IMG/VR virus record: IMGVR_UViG_3300013286_000009
Coordinates: 21,597 to 85,596 of that record
DNA from: a virus
Strand: one strand, 5' to 3'
Length of the DNA: 64,000 nucleotides
A program made the position numbers and the translations under genes. Shown piece after piece: positions 51,231 to 59,617 of this stretch. Positions within the stretch are counted from its first letter, which is position 1. Each line of letters opens with the position of its first letter. The notes below the pieces were generated by a model. It did not search any database. It was not told the DNA's origin and worked only from the letters and a program-made list of their open reading frames with translations.

Positions 51231-53246
51231 TTAACCGTATACGCTATCTGACGATTTTATAGCTCTTACAGTGTTGTTAATGCCATCAACCATAGCTTTA
51301 TTTAAACTGGCAACTGCCAGTGTATTAGTATTTAACTTCTTCAGTTCGTCTAGCATAGGATTCTGGCCGCTGGACGAGTTAGTAGAACTAGTTACGCTTG
51401 CTACTGCACTAGATATAGTTTGTGCAACTTCTGGAGCTACTCTTTGTAACTGGCTTGATAAAATTGGAAACATTCGCATGCCGTCTGTCATACTGGCTAT
51501 CAATGTTTTGGTTTGTCCGTTGTTATACACACGTGATGCGGCTTCATCTGTTTTGTATTCAAATCCATCTTCACCAAACATTGATGGTCTTCCAGGACTA
51601 GTGGATCCTCCATCAAAATGCCTGTCTTGCGGGCTGATATCTTCAACGTTCATCGGTATTGAACCTTTTATCACACTCTTGAAGGCTTTGAGTTTATCAG
51701 TTATCATGTCTTCTGGTTTACTTCCACCTGATAGGCCTAGTGCATCTTTGGCTTGGCTCATACCTCTATCATAGCCTTTTCCGCTATTCCAAAACGGATT
51801 TAAATTAAATTTTTCAAGTGCTGATCCGGCTTTTCCTAATCCGGTATTGAATATACTAACTGTTTGTATAGTGTCATTGCCTAGATCTTTAATTCTATTT
51901 TGTACATTCAGGTATGCCATCGTAGATTCTCTACCTGCATCGTATTCTCCAGGTTTGCCTGGTTGGCCAGAACCTTCGGGCAATGTCTTGATGCCTGCCA
52001 GAGTGGCTTCGCCGGTTTTAACAAGTTCTGTCAATGCTTCATCTGTAGTTTTTGTACCTTTGCTTTTAGCAATTACATTTGACACTGCTTCACGTAAAGG
52101 CTGTATTTCTTTCAAAGTTTGTTTTTGTTCTGCTGTTAGTTGATCATACTTAGAATACATGCGTGTAGCATTAGACATAACTTCAGAAGTAAACTTAAAT
52201 TGCGCAGTTTCTAATCCCTTGGCAGCTTTTTTTCGCTCTTCATCGGATTTTGTTACGTCCTGCATAATTCGACTGTTTGATTGTATCAATGCAAGAGTAT
52301 TAGGTGCCAGCAAGTTTAAAGTTTCTTGTGCTTTACCGTATACTTGACCGTTGTTACCAGCGGCTTGAACAGCCGCATCTCTTAACATAGCTGGCGCACC
52401 TTTCATCGAGTCTGCTACAGCGTTAGACAATTCTGCATATATATAATCACCGTTTAATATGTGTTCTTCTTTGGCCGAGTATGTTCTTAAATCATCTTTA
52501 AATTCTTTTATAGCGTCCATTTGTTTCTCTCTAGTGACGCCAGTGATTTCAGCAGTCAGCGTCATACTTTTTGCCAACTTGTCTGTTGCGGAGGCAGCTT
52601 TTTCCATGCCTTCTGCACTTGATAAATTTAACCCGGTAAAATTTCGGATAACAGTGGCCATGATTTCAGCACGTTCTTTTTCCTTAATACCCAGCATTTG
52701 AAAATTCTTTTGATAATCACTTTTAGCAAAAAAATCAACACTTTCTGAAAATAGTATAGTAGACTCGGACATGGATTTACCAAATGCCAGACCACCAGTG
52801 CCCATGCTTTTTATCACATCAGAAAAATCATCATATTGTAAACGCATCTTGCCCAGTGCAACGTTCACATTCATAGTATTGCCGTACATTGTAGGACCTA
52901 GCTTGCTAAAGTCCTGCCAATTTTTTACACTGTCATCCATGTATCTAATAACGCCGCCGAACGCTGAGCCTAATGTTTCACTTAATTTACCAAATAGCGG
53001 ACTAATGGTCTTTATGACTACATCTCCTACATCGGGAATCCCTGCGGTTTGCCGTACCAGCTTACCTACAAATGTTTCAACAGAGCCGACGGCTCCAAAA
53101 AATGCATTTTTAATTCCACTAGTATCGATGCTAGAATCAGTTTTGTTATAGCTGGATTGCGGATTGTAGTTAGTACCGCCGCGCATTTGCGCCAGCATCT
53201 CCTTCATAGTTCGCGTGTTTTCTTGGACTTCGGATTCTATTGACAT
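51231..53246 (-). CDS. Tape-measure-like helical protein
   Basis: 671 aa, predominantly helical and Ala/Lys/Met-rich. Contains a GG...G.P..FGE.G.E motif and is divergent from the gp26-like gene. Confidence 0.55.
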   Translation of the reverse strand: MSIESEVQENTRTMKEMLAQMRGGTNYNPQSSYNKTDSSIDTSGIKNAFFGAVGSVETFVGKLVRQTAGIPDVGDVVIKTISPLFGKLSETLGSAFGGVIRYMDDSVKNWQDFSKLGPTMYGNTMNVNVALGKMRLQYDDFSDVIKSMGTGGLAFGKSMSESTILFSESVDFFAKSDYQKNFQMLGIKEKERAEIMATVIRNFTGLNLSSAEGMEKAASATDKLAKSMTLTAEITGVTREKQMDAIKEFKDDLRTYSAKEEHILNGDYIYAELSNAVADSMKGAPAMLRDAAVQAAGNNGQVYGKAQETLNLLAPNTLALIQSNSRIMQDVTKSDEERKKAAKGLETAQFKFTSEVMSNATRMYSKYDQLTAEQKQTLKEIQPLREAVSNVIAKSKGTKTTDEALTELVKTGEATLAGIKTLPEGSGQPGKPGEYDAGRESTMAYLNVQNRIKDLGNDTIQTVSIFNTGLGKAGSALEKFNLNPFWNSGKGYDRGMSQAKDALGLSGGSKPEDMITDKLKAFKSVIKGSIPMNVEDISPQDRHFDGGSTSPGRPSMFGEDGFEYKTDEAASRVYNNGQTKTLIASMTDGMRMFPILSSQLQRVAPEVAQTISSAVASVTSSTNSSSGQNPMLDELKKLNTNTLAVASLNKAMVDGINNTVRAIKSSDSVYG

Positions 53247-53271
53247 TTAAATTTCCCTGGAAATATACGTA

Positions 53272-53297
53272 TATAAATACATGTACAATATATTTAT
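53272..53297. promoter_or_regulatory. Face-to-face late promoters
   Basis: Plus-strand TATAAATA at 53272-53279 and minus-strand ATAAATA at 53291-53297. Confidence 0.65.
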
Positions 53298-53310
53298 CTG
53301 GAGAAAAACA

Positions 53311-54135
53311 ATGGATAATCCATTAAAAAAGTATTTTAGACAGCCCAAGATCTTTACTGCGTTGCCTACTAAAGGCATTTTTTCTGAACCCGGTACATAC
53401 ATGGGCGATTTAGAAAGTATGCCAGTATATGGAATGACTGGCATGGATGAAATACTGATGAAAACTCCAGATGCATTATTAACTGGAGAAAGCACGGCTA
53501 GAGTCATCGAAAGCTGTTGCCCTGTGATTAAAAATGCATGGGGAATCAGTGTGTTGGATCTAGATCCTATTCTATGTGCTATTAGAATTGCCACGTATGG
53601 CAACACCATGAGTGTACGACACACATGCAGTGCATGTGACGCTGAAAATGATTACGATATCGATTTGGGTGATATAGTATCGCATTTTAAAAATTGCCAG
53701 TATGACGGTACCATAAATTTAAAAGACATCACTATTCAGTTGCGCCCATTAACTTACAAAGATTGGACTAATTTCCAACTAAAAACATTTGGAATCCAGC
53801 GACAATTAAATCAAGCCAGTAAACTTGAAGAAGAAGCTGACAGAAATCAAGTGGTAGGTGATTTATTAATGCAAGTAAACAATCTGCAAAAAGAAATGCT
53901 ATCGAATCAAATTGACAGGGTTGAAGTTGCTGAAGGAGTTGTTGATCAACGTACTTTTATTAACGAATGGATTGCCAACAGCGAGCAATTGGTCTACGAA
54001 AAAATCAAAGAACAAATTGAAAAAAATAGAAAAACTTGGGAAGTGCCGTCTACAAAAGTTATTTGTAATGAATGCAGTGCTGAATCTTCTTTAACCATCA
54101 GTTTGGATCAAGCAAGTTTTTTCGGGACAGCCTAA
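53311..54135 (+). CDS. Baseplate hub assembly / tail chaperone protein (T4 gp26-like)
   Basis: NPLKKYFRQPKI..LPTKG, MTGMDE...TPDAL..G, D.D.IL.AIRIATYG, two CxxC pairs, ends ASFFGTA. Start at 53311 after GGAG. Confidence 0.75.
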   Translation: MDNPLKKYFRQPKIFTALPTKGIFSEPGTYMGDLESMPVYGMTGMDEILMKTPDALLTGESTARVIESCCPVIKNAWGISVLDLDPILCAIRIATYGNTMSVRHTCSACDAENDYDIDLGDIVSHFKNCQYDGTINLKDITIQLRPLTYKDWTNFQLKTFGIQRQLNQASKLEEEADRNQVVGDLLMQVNNLQKEMLSNQIDRVEVAEGVVDQRTFINEWIANSEQLVYEKIKEQIEKNRKTWEVPSTKVICNECSAESSLTISLDQASFFGTA

Positions 54136-54356
54136 CTAGATTATCTAACGAAGAAATCGAACAATACCTAGTTAGGCTAGATCAACACGTAAAGAGATTC
54201 AAAACAGAATTATACAGAATCGCATGGTACATGCGGGGTGGTGTCAATGTTAATGATTTGTTTGATCGCTACAGTACAGACGATATAGAAATTATTACAG
54301 GTATAATTAACGAAAATATCGAAGCTACTAAAAAATCACAAATGCCGTTAATTTAA
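54117..54356 (+). CDS. Putative -1 frameshift extension of the gp26-like gene
   Basis: Slippery T_TTT_TTC at 54117-54123. The -1 frame stays open for 77 codons (RDSLTRLSNEEIEQYL...IAWYMRGG...KKSQMPLI) to TAA 54354-54356, with no ATG until 54231. Confidence 0.7.
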   Translation, partial: FFRDSLTRLSNEEIEQYLVRLDQHVKRFKTELYRIAWYMRGGVNVNDLFDRYSTDDIEIITGIINENIEATKKSQMPLI

Positions 54357-55210
54357 TAATTTTGGCCGTTGTGATTGTAGTCAAACCCTGTTTTGATTTC
54401 AGGGCCATTTACCCTAGCTCCTGCTCGCATCTTAGCACGTTCTTTGTCTATGTCAAACGGCATTGACACGCTGGGTATATCATCTATACGTTGCTTAGTA
54501 TCAGGGTCAGGTGAAATATCTGCACCTGTTTTGTCTTTGATCCATCCTGTAAATGCATCAATGCCCCAATTGCCAGCCCAGCCTATACCATTTATAATCA
54601 ATTCTGGTATAAAACTTCTTAACCATTCTTCACCGTCTTTGGTATTCAACCACATGGCAAACAATGCCCAGCCTGCTGTGGCAGCAATAGTAGAAATCAC
54701 TATAGCGGCTCCGCCTGCTTTGCCACCTAGATTTCTTGCCAGTGTTTGTAGAATTTCTTTGAATAGTGTACCAAGCACACCATTGACTGCACCTTTCATA
54801 AGCGGCACAGCAAGTATGCTGATAATACAAACACCAGTGATACCATTTCTAGCACCGATGATGTATTGATCAGTATATTTGTACTGACCGTTTTCGTCTT
54901 TCTCTTTGGCCAACTCATTAAGAGCCTGCATCTTTTTGTACCACATGTAGATGGGACCAGCGATGCCTGCTACTTTAAGCAATCTAGTAAGCGTGACTCC
55001 CCATTTGGTATTCAATATACCTTCTACTTCTGCGGCATTAGCTCTGCGTTGGGCAAACCAACCTAATTTAGTATCTTGTTCAGGAGTCCATGCATTTTGC
55101 ATGGCAGAAGGATTGCGTCGAAACGCTTCTCTTAGCGTTTCCATGATTTGATCGTGGCTTAAATTACGAGGATCGAAATCAGATTCATTTATAATGTCTA
55201 GAACTTTCAT
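54353..55210 (-). CDS. Hypothetical protein with hydrophobic segments (possible internal/ejection protein)
   Basis: 285 aa, MKVLDIINE N-terminus, several hydrophobic Gly/Ala-rich helices, late promoter GTAAATA at 55217-55223. Confidence 0.65.
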   Translation of the reverse strand: MKVLDIINESDFDPRNLSHDQIMETLREAFRRNPSAMQNAWTPEQDTKLGWFAQRRANAAEVEGILNTKWGVTLTRLLKVAGIAGPIYMWYKKMQALNELAKEKDENGQYKYTDQYIIGARNGITGVCIISILAVPLMKGAVNGVLGTLFKEILQTLARNLGGKAGGAAIVISTIAATAGWALFAMWLNTKDGEEWLRSFIPELIINGIGWAGNWGIDAFTGWIKDKTGADISPDPDTKQRIDDIPSVSMPFDIDKERAKMRAGARVNGPEIKTGFDYNHNGQNY

Positions 55211-55231
55211 ATGTTATATTTACCTATGTCA

Positions 55232-55680
55232 AGATGAACTTGCGTTCATCTGTTCTTCGCTATCGCTCGAACTTTTATCTAATATAAACTATAGTTAAGT
55301 GCGAAGCACTTTAAATATTATCTAGATTGTTCAGTCACACTTAGCCCTGGCGGGCTAAAAATGAACATTATCTGAGTTGAACAGTTCACTTAACGTTACA
55401 GCATTACAGTGGCGGTTGTCCGGTACCACGAGCTGAGTCTTATACAACGGCGGGCCTCTACGCATACGTTAACATACGCAAATCCGTGGGTATTTCTCCC
55501 TCTTTTAGCCTTGGAAAATTGTCTTTTTACTAGTCAAACGGGTTTACATTTATGTAAGGCATATCCCATCATCGTCCTGTAAAGGATAGTGATCTAGCTA
55601 CTCTACGCCAATTAGAGTTCCTTGCCGCCACACATCAGAGCGGATTCAGGGCACATTTTTATCGCCGGTGCGGGCTTATT
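55232..55680 (-). ncRNA. Large structured non-coding element (candidate ncRNA and/or replication origin)
   Basis: About 470 nt without a long ORF, containing at least eight stem-loops and a long-range 7-bp pairing (55409-55415 with 55625-55631). Confidence 0.6.
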
Positions 55681-55685
55681 TGGCT

Positions 55686-56129
55686 TTATTTTGCCTGGTT
55701 TTCTTGAAGTTTGCGAATATGTGAACCGTGTACACGCACTTGAATATGACCGTTATAATAGTCATTTGATTCTAATACCCTGCGTGAAAACTGTTCTCTA
55801 GCCTCTATATAACTACATTCTGCTTTGCTAGAACAGTAGTAGAGTATCTCTCTTGTAAAATTTTCTGTACCTAACTGCATAACATCCTCGGTCAGTGCTG
55901 GACTAGAACCATAATAGTCCCGCCAATCGCTGTCAATTTTGCTACGGATTCGTTTCTTTTTCTTTGTGCCGTTTTTTAATTTTACTGTCTTGTATGTGGT
56001 TTTGGAGAATTTAGCTAGTTTTTTGCCTATATACATGCGGCCAGAAATTGTATTTGTTATAAGATATACAAAGCCAATACAGTCTTCTGGTAATGTTTCG
56101 ATTATTTGTGATTGATAAGTCCAAGACAT
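55686..56129 (-). CDS. GIY-YIG family nuclease-like protein (single domain)
   Basis: GFVYLITN...MYIGKK, DWRDYYGSS, REIL...E...Q...YYN, with a basic KKKKRIR insert. Confidence 0.8.
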   Translation of the reverse strand: MSWTYQSQIIETLPEDCIGFVYLITNTISGRMYIGKKLAKFSKTTYKTVKLKNGTKKKKRIRSKIDSDWRDYYGSSPALTEDVMQLGTENFTREILYYCSSKAECSYIEAREQFSRRVLESNDYYNGHIQVRVHGSHIRKLQENQAK

Positions 56130-56141
56130 AAACTATGTAGT

Positions 56142-56411
56142 TTATTCTGTCTCGTCCTCCCCGCCCTTTTGGTTTGCCTTGCGCTGTGCCTTTGTTTGAT
56201 CTAAGTGTGTGCGATATTGTTGTACTCTTGCTCTACGTTCCCGGGCAATAATACGAATCTGCGCTAGCCAGTAGCGCATTTCCTCACCCGCCCGCCGTGT
56301 GCCTCGGTTAATCCATTTTTGATTTGCCTTGAAATATGCCTGAAACGCCTGCATGAGTTGATCATGCGTTTCCTCATCTTGATAAGGAGTTGGTTCAACG
56401 TGCTTTGACAT
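56142..56411 (-). CDS. Small basic helical protein, possibly Hc1-like nucleoid-binding
   Basis: ANQKWINRGTRRAG..MR..L..I...ARERR pattern resembles the histone H1-like Hc1 N-terminal family. Confidence 0.45.
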   Translation of the reverse strand: MSKHVEPTPYQDEETHDQLMQAFQAYFKANQKWINRGTRRAGEEMRYWLAQIRIIARERRARVQQYRTHLDQTKAQRKANQKGGEDETE

Positions 56412-56805
56412 TGGCGTCGATTACTCTTTGTCTAAGTTCTGTTGTACTAAACGAATGTTTACGATTATTAAAGTACAATTCTATGTCTAATTCTTGCCCT
56501 GTGAATGTTTGATTAACATACTCGTCCCCTACGATTCTAATATCTATAGGATATGACAGTAATATGTCCAGCAGTTCTTTTTCTGTAGTGTAGGGAACTA
56601 CTTCATCTACATAACGGCAAGCCTGTAGCTGTACAAAACGTTCAAAAACAGTTTGTACAGGTTTATTTTTTTGTGGGCGATCCACAGTAGGATCTGTTTG
56701 CAAGCCCACAATCAAATAGTCACATTGTTGTTTAGCTTCCTTCAGCATCATCACATGCCCGGCATGAAATAGGTCAAAGGTTGAACAGGTAAATCCAGTT
56801 TTCAT
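56395..56805 (-). CDS. Cytidylyltransferase (glycerol-3-phosphate cytidylyltransferase-like)
   Basis: FDLFHAGH (HxGH), LIVGLQTDP, YVDEV, RKHSFSTTELR. Confidence 0.88.
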   Translation of the reverse strand: MKTGFTCSTFDLFHAGHVMMLKEAKQQCDYLIVGLQTDPTVDRPQKNKPVQTVFERFVQLQACRYVDEVVPYTTEKELLDILLSYPIDIRIVGDEYVNQTFTGQELDIELYFNNRKHSFSTTELRQRVIDANVKAR

Positions 56806-58580
56806 TCAGTTACTTCCAAATCATTAGCATAGCTGGTGTAGCCATTTTCCTTAATAACTTTTAGCACGTTGTTTACACGACCGATCAGTTCGTCCTTGTG
56901 CGATATTAAGAAGATATTTTTCTTGCGTTCACGTGCCATTTTCTTCAGCAATGCCAATGCGCCTTCAACGCCCGCGGCATCCAAACCGTTGTCAATAAGT
57001 TCATCCACAAACAATAGATTGATCTGCTGATACAGGCTCTCCCACACATCGCGGAAGGCAAAGCTCAAGCCAAGTATTAGCCTGTTACGCTCGCCACGTG
57101 ACAAGTTGTCAAAGTCTAAATCCTGCCCCAGTTGTGTGATCAACACAGTTAAATCGTTCTGAAACATTACCTGATGCGGCAAGCCCATTTTGTCGAGATA
57201 ATAGGTCAACCGATTGTTTAAGTATGCCAAGTTTTGATCAATAATCTTCTTACGGATAAATGAATCTTTGCTAGTCAGCAGTTTAAGCAAGAACTCTTGA
57301 TGATCCTTGAGGCGGGTTAGATCGTTAACACCTTCCCAGTTAATATCCTGCATGGCAGTATGACGCAGTTCGTCAATTTGCTCTTGATAAGGATCCGTTT
57401 CGCCGGCTTTGATTTCCAACTGGCTTTCCATGGTCTTTAAATTGTTCTGATGTTTTAGTGCCTGCTCAACGGTGTCATAGTAAGGGTTAGGCTTGCCCGC
57501 TACCTCGCCAATGGCGTCAATTTCTTTTTGTATCTTGGTACGGTCGGCTGTGACCTTGTTGAAATATTTCAGGGCTTCGTTAAGGTGCCCTTGTGCCGAA
57601 GCAGTCATTTCTCCATGTTTGTGATCATGCAATTCTTGTTCACAAGCGTGGCAGGTCTTGTTAGCCAGTTTGGCGAGCTCGCTGTCATACTTCGTGACGC
57701 TTCGCTCCGCTTGCGCTATCGCGCTGTCTAACGTAGCCCGTTCCTTATTCAGGCTTTTCAGCTTTGCTGTCTTTTCTTCGAAAAGTTTTAGCTCGCTGTG
57801 CTTCGCAAGCTCGGCATCTATATCTACACTTTCAAGTTCGATAATAGCCCTGCCAATCTTTTCTAACTCAGTGTCATGCTGGCTATTCCAAGCAGTTTGT
57901 CTTGTTAGCAAACTATCAATACTTTTTTGTATTCCTTCGTTGGCTTTTTTAGTAGCTTCAATATCTGCCGATTCTTGGGTAATAGCTTCTTTAGTCTGTC
58001 GAATATGCTCTTTAAGAGTTTCTGCTTTTTCAGACAAGATAGTTATGCCTAATAACTGTTCAATGATCAGCCGTTGATCATTAGCCCGCATACTTAAGAA
58101 TGGTTCTGTATAAGTGTTTAACGCAACGATATGCTTGAACATATCGTGACTCATTCCCAGTAGTTCATCTAAGTCCTTCTGGGTTTCACGCATGTCTCCT
58201 TGTGCGTCATCAGTTTCTTCGCCTTCTTGTTCTATATCGTCGACAAAAAATTTCATTAAGGTAGGCTTTCGCCCTCGTTCAACACGATAGTTAACACCGT
58301 CTTTTTCAAATACCAATGTAACCAACATATTCCTATTGTTAATTTTATTGATTAAGTTGTCTTTCTTAATGTTAGTAAGAGCAGTGCCAAATAGGGCAAA
58401 GCTCAAAGCATTTACGATAGTTGTTTTACCTGTGCCATTGCGACTGCCGTTATCATCGCCGCCTTGATCTAAGTTTTCACCTAGTACAAGTGTTAAATTT
58501 TCCTGTGCAAAGTTTACAGCTTGGGTTTGATTGCCCACACTCATAAAGTTTTTTACTGTTAAATCTTTAAGTTTAATCAT
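56802..58580 (-). CDS. gp46: Recombination endonuclease ATPase subunit (gp46/Rad50/SbcC-like)
   Basis: KNFMSVG, Walker A NGTGKTT, CxxC zinc hook (CHAC) within a coiled coil, LSRGE signature, LFVDE, ISH. Confidence 0.93.
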   Translation of the reverse strand: MIKLKDLTVKNFMSVGNQTQAVNFAQENLTLVLGENLDQGGDDNGSRNGTGKTTIVNALSFALFGTALTNIKKDNLINKINNRNMLVTLVFEKDGVNYRVERGRKPTLMKFFVDDIEQEGEETDDAQGDMRETQKDLDELLGMSHDMFKHIVALNTYTEPFLSMRANDQRLIIEQLLGITILSEKAETLKEHIRQTKEAITQESADIEATKKANEGIQKSIDSLLTRQTAWNSQHDTELEKIGRAIIELESVDIDAELAKHSELKLFEEKTAKLKSLNKERATLDSAIAQAERSVTKYDSELAKLANKTCHACEQELHDHKHGEMTASAQGHLNEALKYFNKVTADRTKIQKEIDAIGEVAGKPNPYYDTVEQALKHQNNLKTMESQLEIKAGETDPYQEQIDELRHTAMQDINWEGVNDLTRLKDHQEFLLKLLTSKDSFIRKKIIDQNLAYLNNRLTYYLDKMGLPHQVMFQNDLTVLITQLGQDLDFDNLSRGERNRLILGLSFAFRDVWESLYQQINLLFVDELIDNGLDAAGVEGALALLKKMARERKKNIFLISHKDELIGRVNNVLKVIKENGYTSYANDLEVTE

Positions 58581-59617
58581 AAGCTGTTATAAATTTCCAA
58601 CAAGGTGTTTTTGTCATATGTGTCGCTATCGATGCTGATGATCTGACTGCTAACAATTTGATCCACGCTTTCAAATGCTTGGATATCAATGTTAGTATTC
58701 ATTTCAATATCTTTCTTTTCAGCTATCAAAGTAAGTTCGCGAATATCATAATCCGCAATAAATTTTTCTTTAATAAAACTTGCTTCTTCATAGCTGATGT
58801 CTATATCTAGTGTAACACGTAAATGTTGCTTGGGCAAGATCAATGTGTCCGCTTCGTCGATCAATTGGCTTAGTTTGACAGTTCTAAATGTAGGTTGTCC
58901 TGGCCAAGTATGATATTCAGGTTGCCCGCCCCATTCTAATACCATCATGCCTCTAGCATCGTCCCATGCGTCTGCGTAGTTGTGCGGGAAAGCATTGCCG
59001 ATATAAATCATATTCTTTTGTTGCTGACGTTTATGAAAGTGCCCACTAAAACCCAATTCATAACTTTGAAATGCATCTAACTGTATTTCTCCGTGATCGG
59101 GCATTTGTATCATAGCGTTCATAAAGAAGCTGGGCAATTCGAAATGCCCGAAGATATATTTTCCGCCTTTTTTACTTATTGATCGCCACTCATCGCCGAC
59201 GAGCCACGGACAAAGTGTAACATCGCCGATGGTAGTAGGTTCATGTACAACAGTAATTCCAGGTATGTACTTGCCAAACTCGACTGAATGGATATCTCGT
59301 TTATCTTTATAATATAGATCATGATTACCAGGAAAAAAGTAAAATTGATCGAACGCCTTACCGAGCTTTTCCAAGGCCCTAAGGCTATAGTCCATAGTAG
59401 TGATGTTAAGACTGTTCCGATTATGATGCCAGTCACCCATAAAAATTCCTGTATCACAACCTTCCTCCTTGGCTTTTGCAATATACCAATCTACAAAATC
59501 TTCACAGTCTTTGTTGTGGACCGAGCTGTTAGATTTTAACCCAAAGTGAATGTCTGTGAAGCAGGCAACTTTATTAAACAGTTGGGGTTTCACTTGGAGT
59601 TTCTGTGATGGTTTCAT
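58577..59617 (-). CDS. gp47: Recombination endonuclease nuclease subunit (gp47/Mre11/SbcD-like)
   Basis: DIHFG, GDWHH, GNHD, GHFE, SGHFH. Start at 59617 after GAGGA. Confidence 0.93.
   Translation of the reverse strand: MKPSQKLQVKPQLFNKVACFTDIHFGLKSNSSVHNKDCEDFVDWYIAKAKEEGCDTGIFMGDWHHNRNSLNITTMDYSLRALEKLGKAFDQFYFFPGNHDLYYKDKRDIHSVEFGKYIPGITVVHEPTTIGDVTLCPWLVGDEWRSISKKGGKYIFGHFELPSFFMNAMIQMPDHGEIQLDAFQSYELGFSGHFHKRQQQKNMIYIGNAFPHNYADAWDDARGMMVLEWGGQPEYHTWPGQPTFRTVKLSQLIDEADTLILPKQHLRVTLDIDISYEEASFIKEKFIADYDIRELTLIAEKKDIEMNTNIDIQAFESVDQIVSSQIISIDSDTYDKNTLLEIYNSL

Noticed and set aside
51271-53151. Long plus-strand ORFs antisense to the tape-measure-like gene (also 54393..54869 and 57658..58077)
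   Set aside because: They lie wholly within well-supported opposite-strand genes and have no recognisable motifs.
55227-55232. TTGACA on the minus strand upstream of 54353..55210
   Set aside because: There is no -10 box at 16-18 nt. The GTAAATA late box explains the gene better.
55232-55680. Structured element as a group I intron hosting the GIY-YIG ORF, or as tRNA/tmRNA
   Set aside because: No interrupted host gene flanks it, and I could not identify a P7 core, cloverleaf or tag reading frame by eye. A covariance-model search is still needed.
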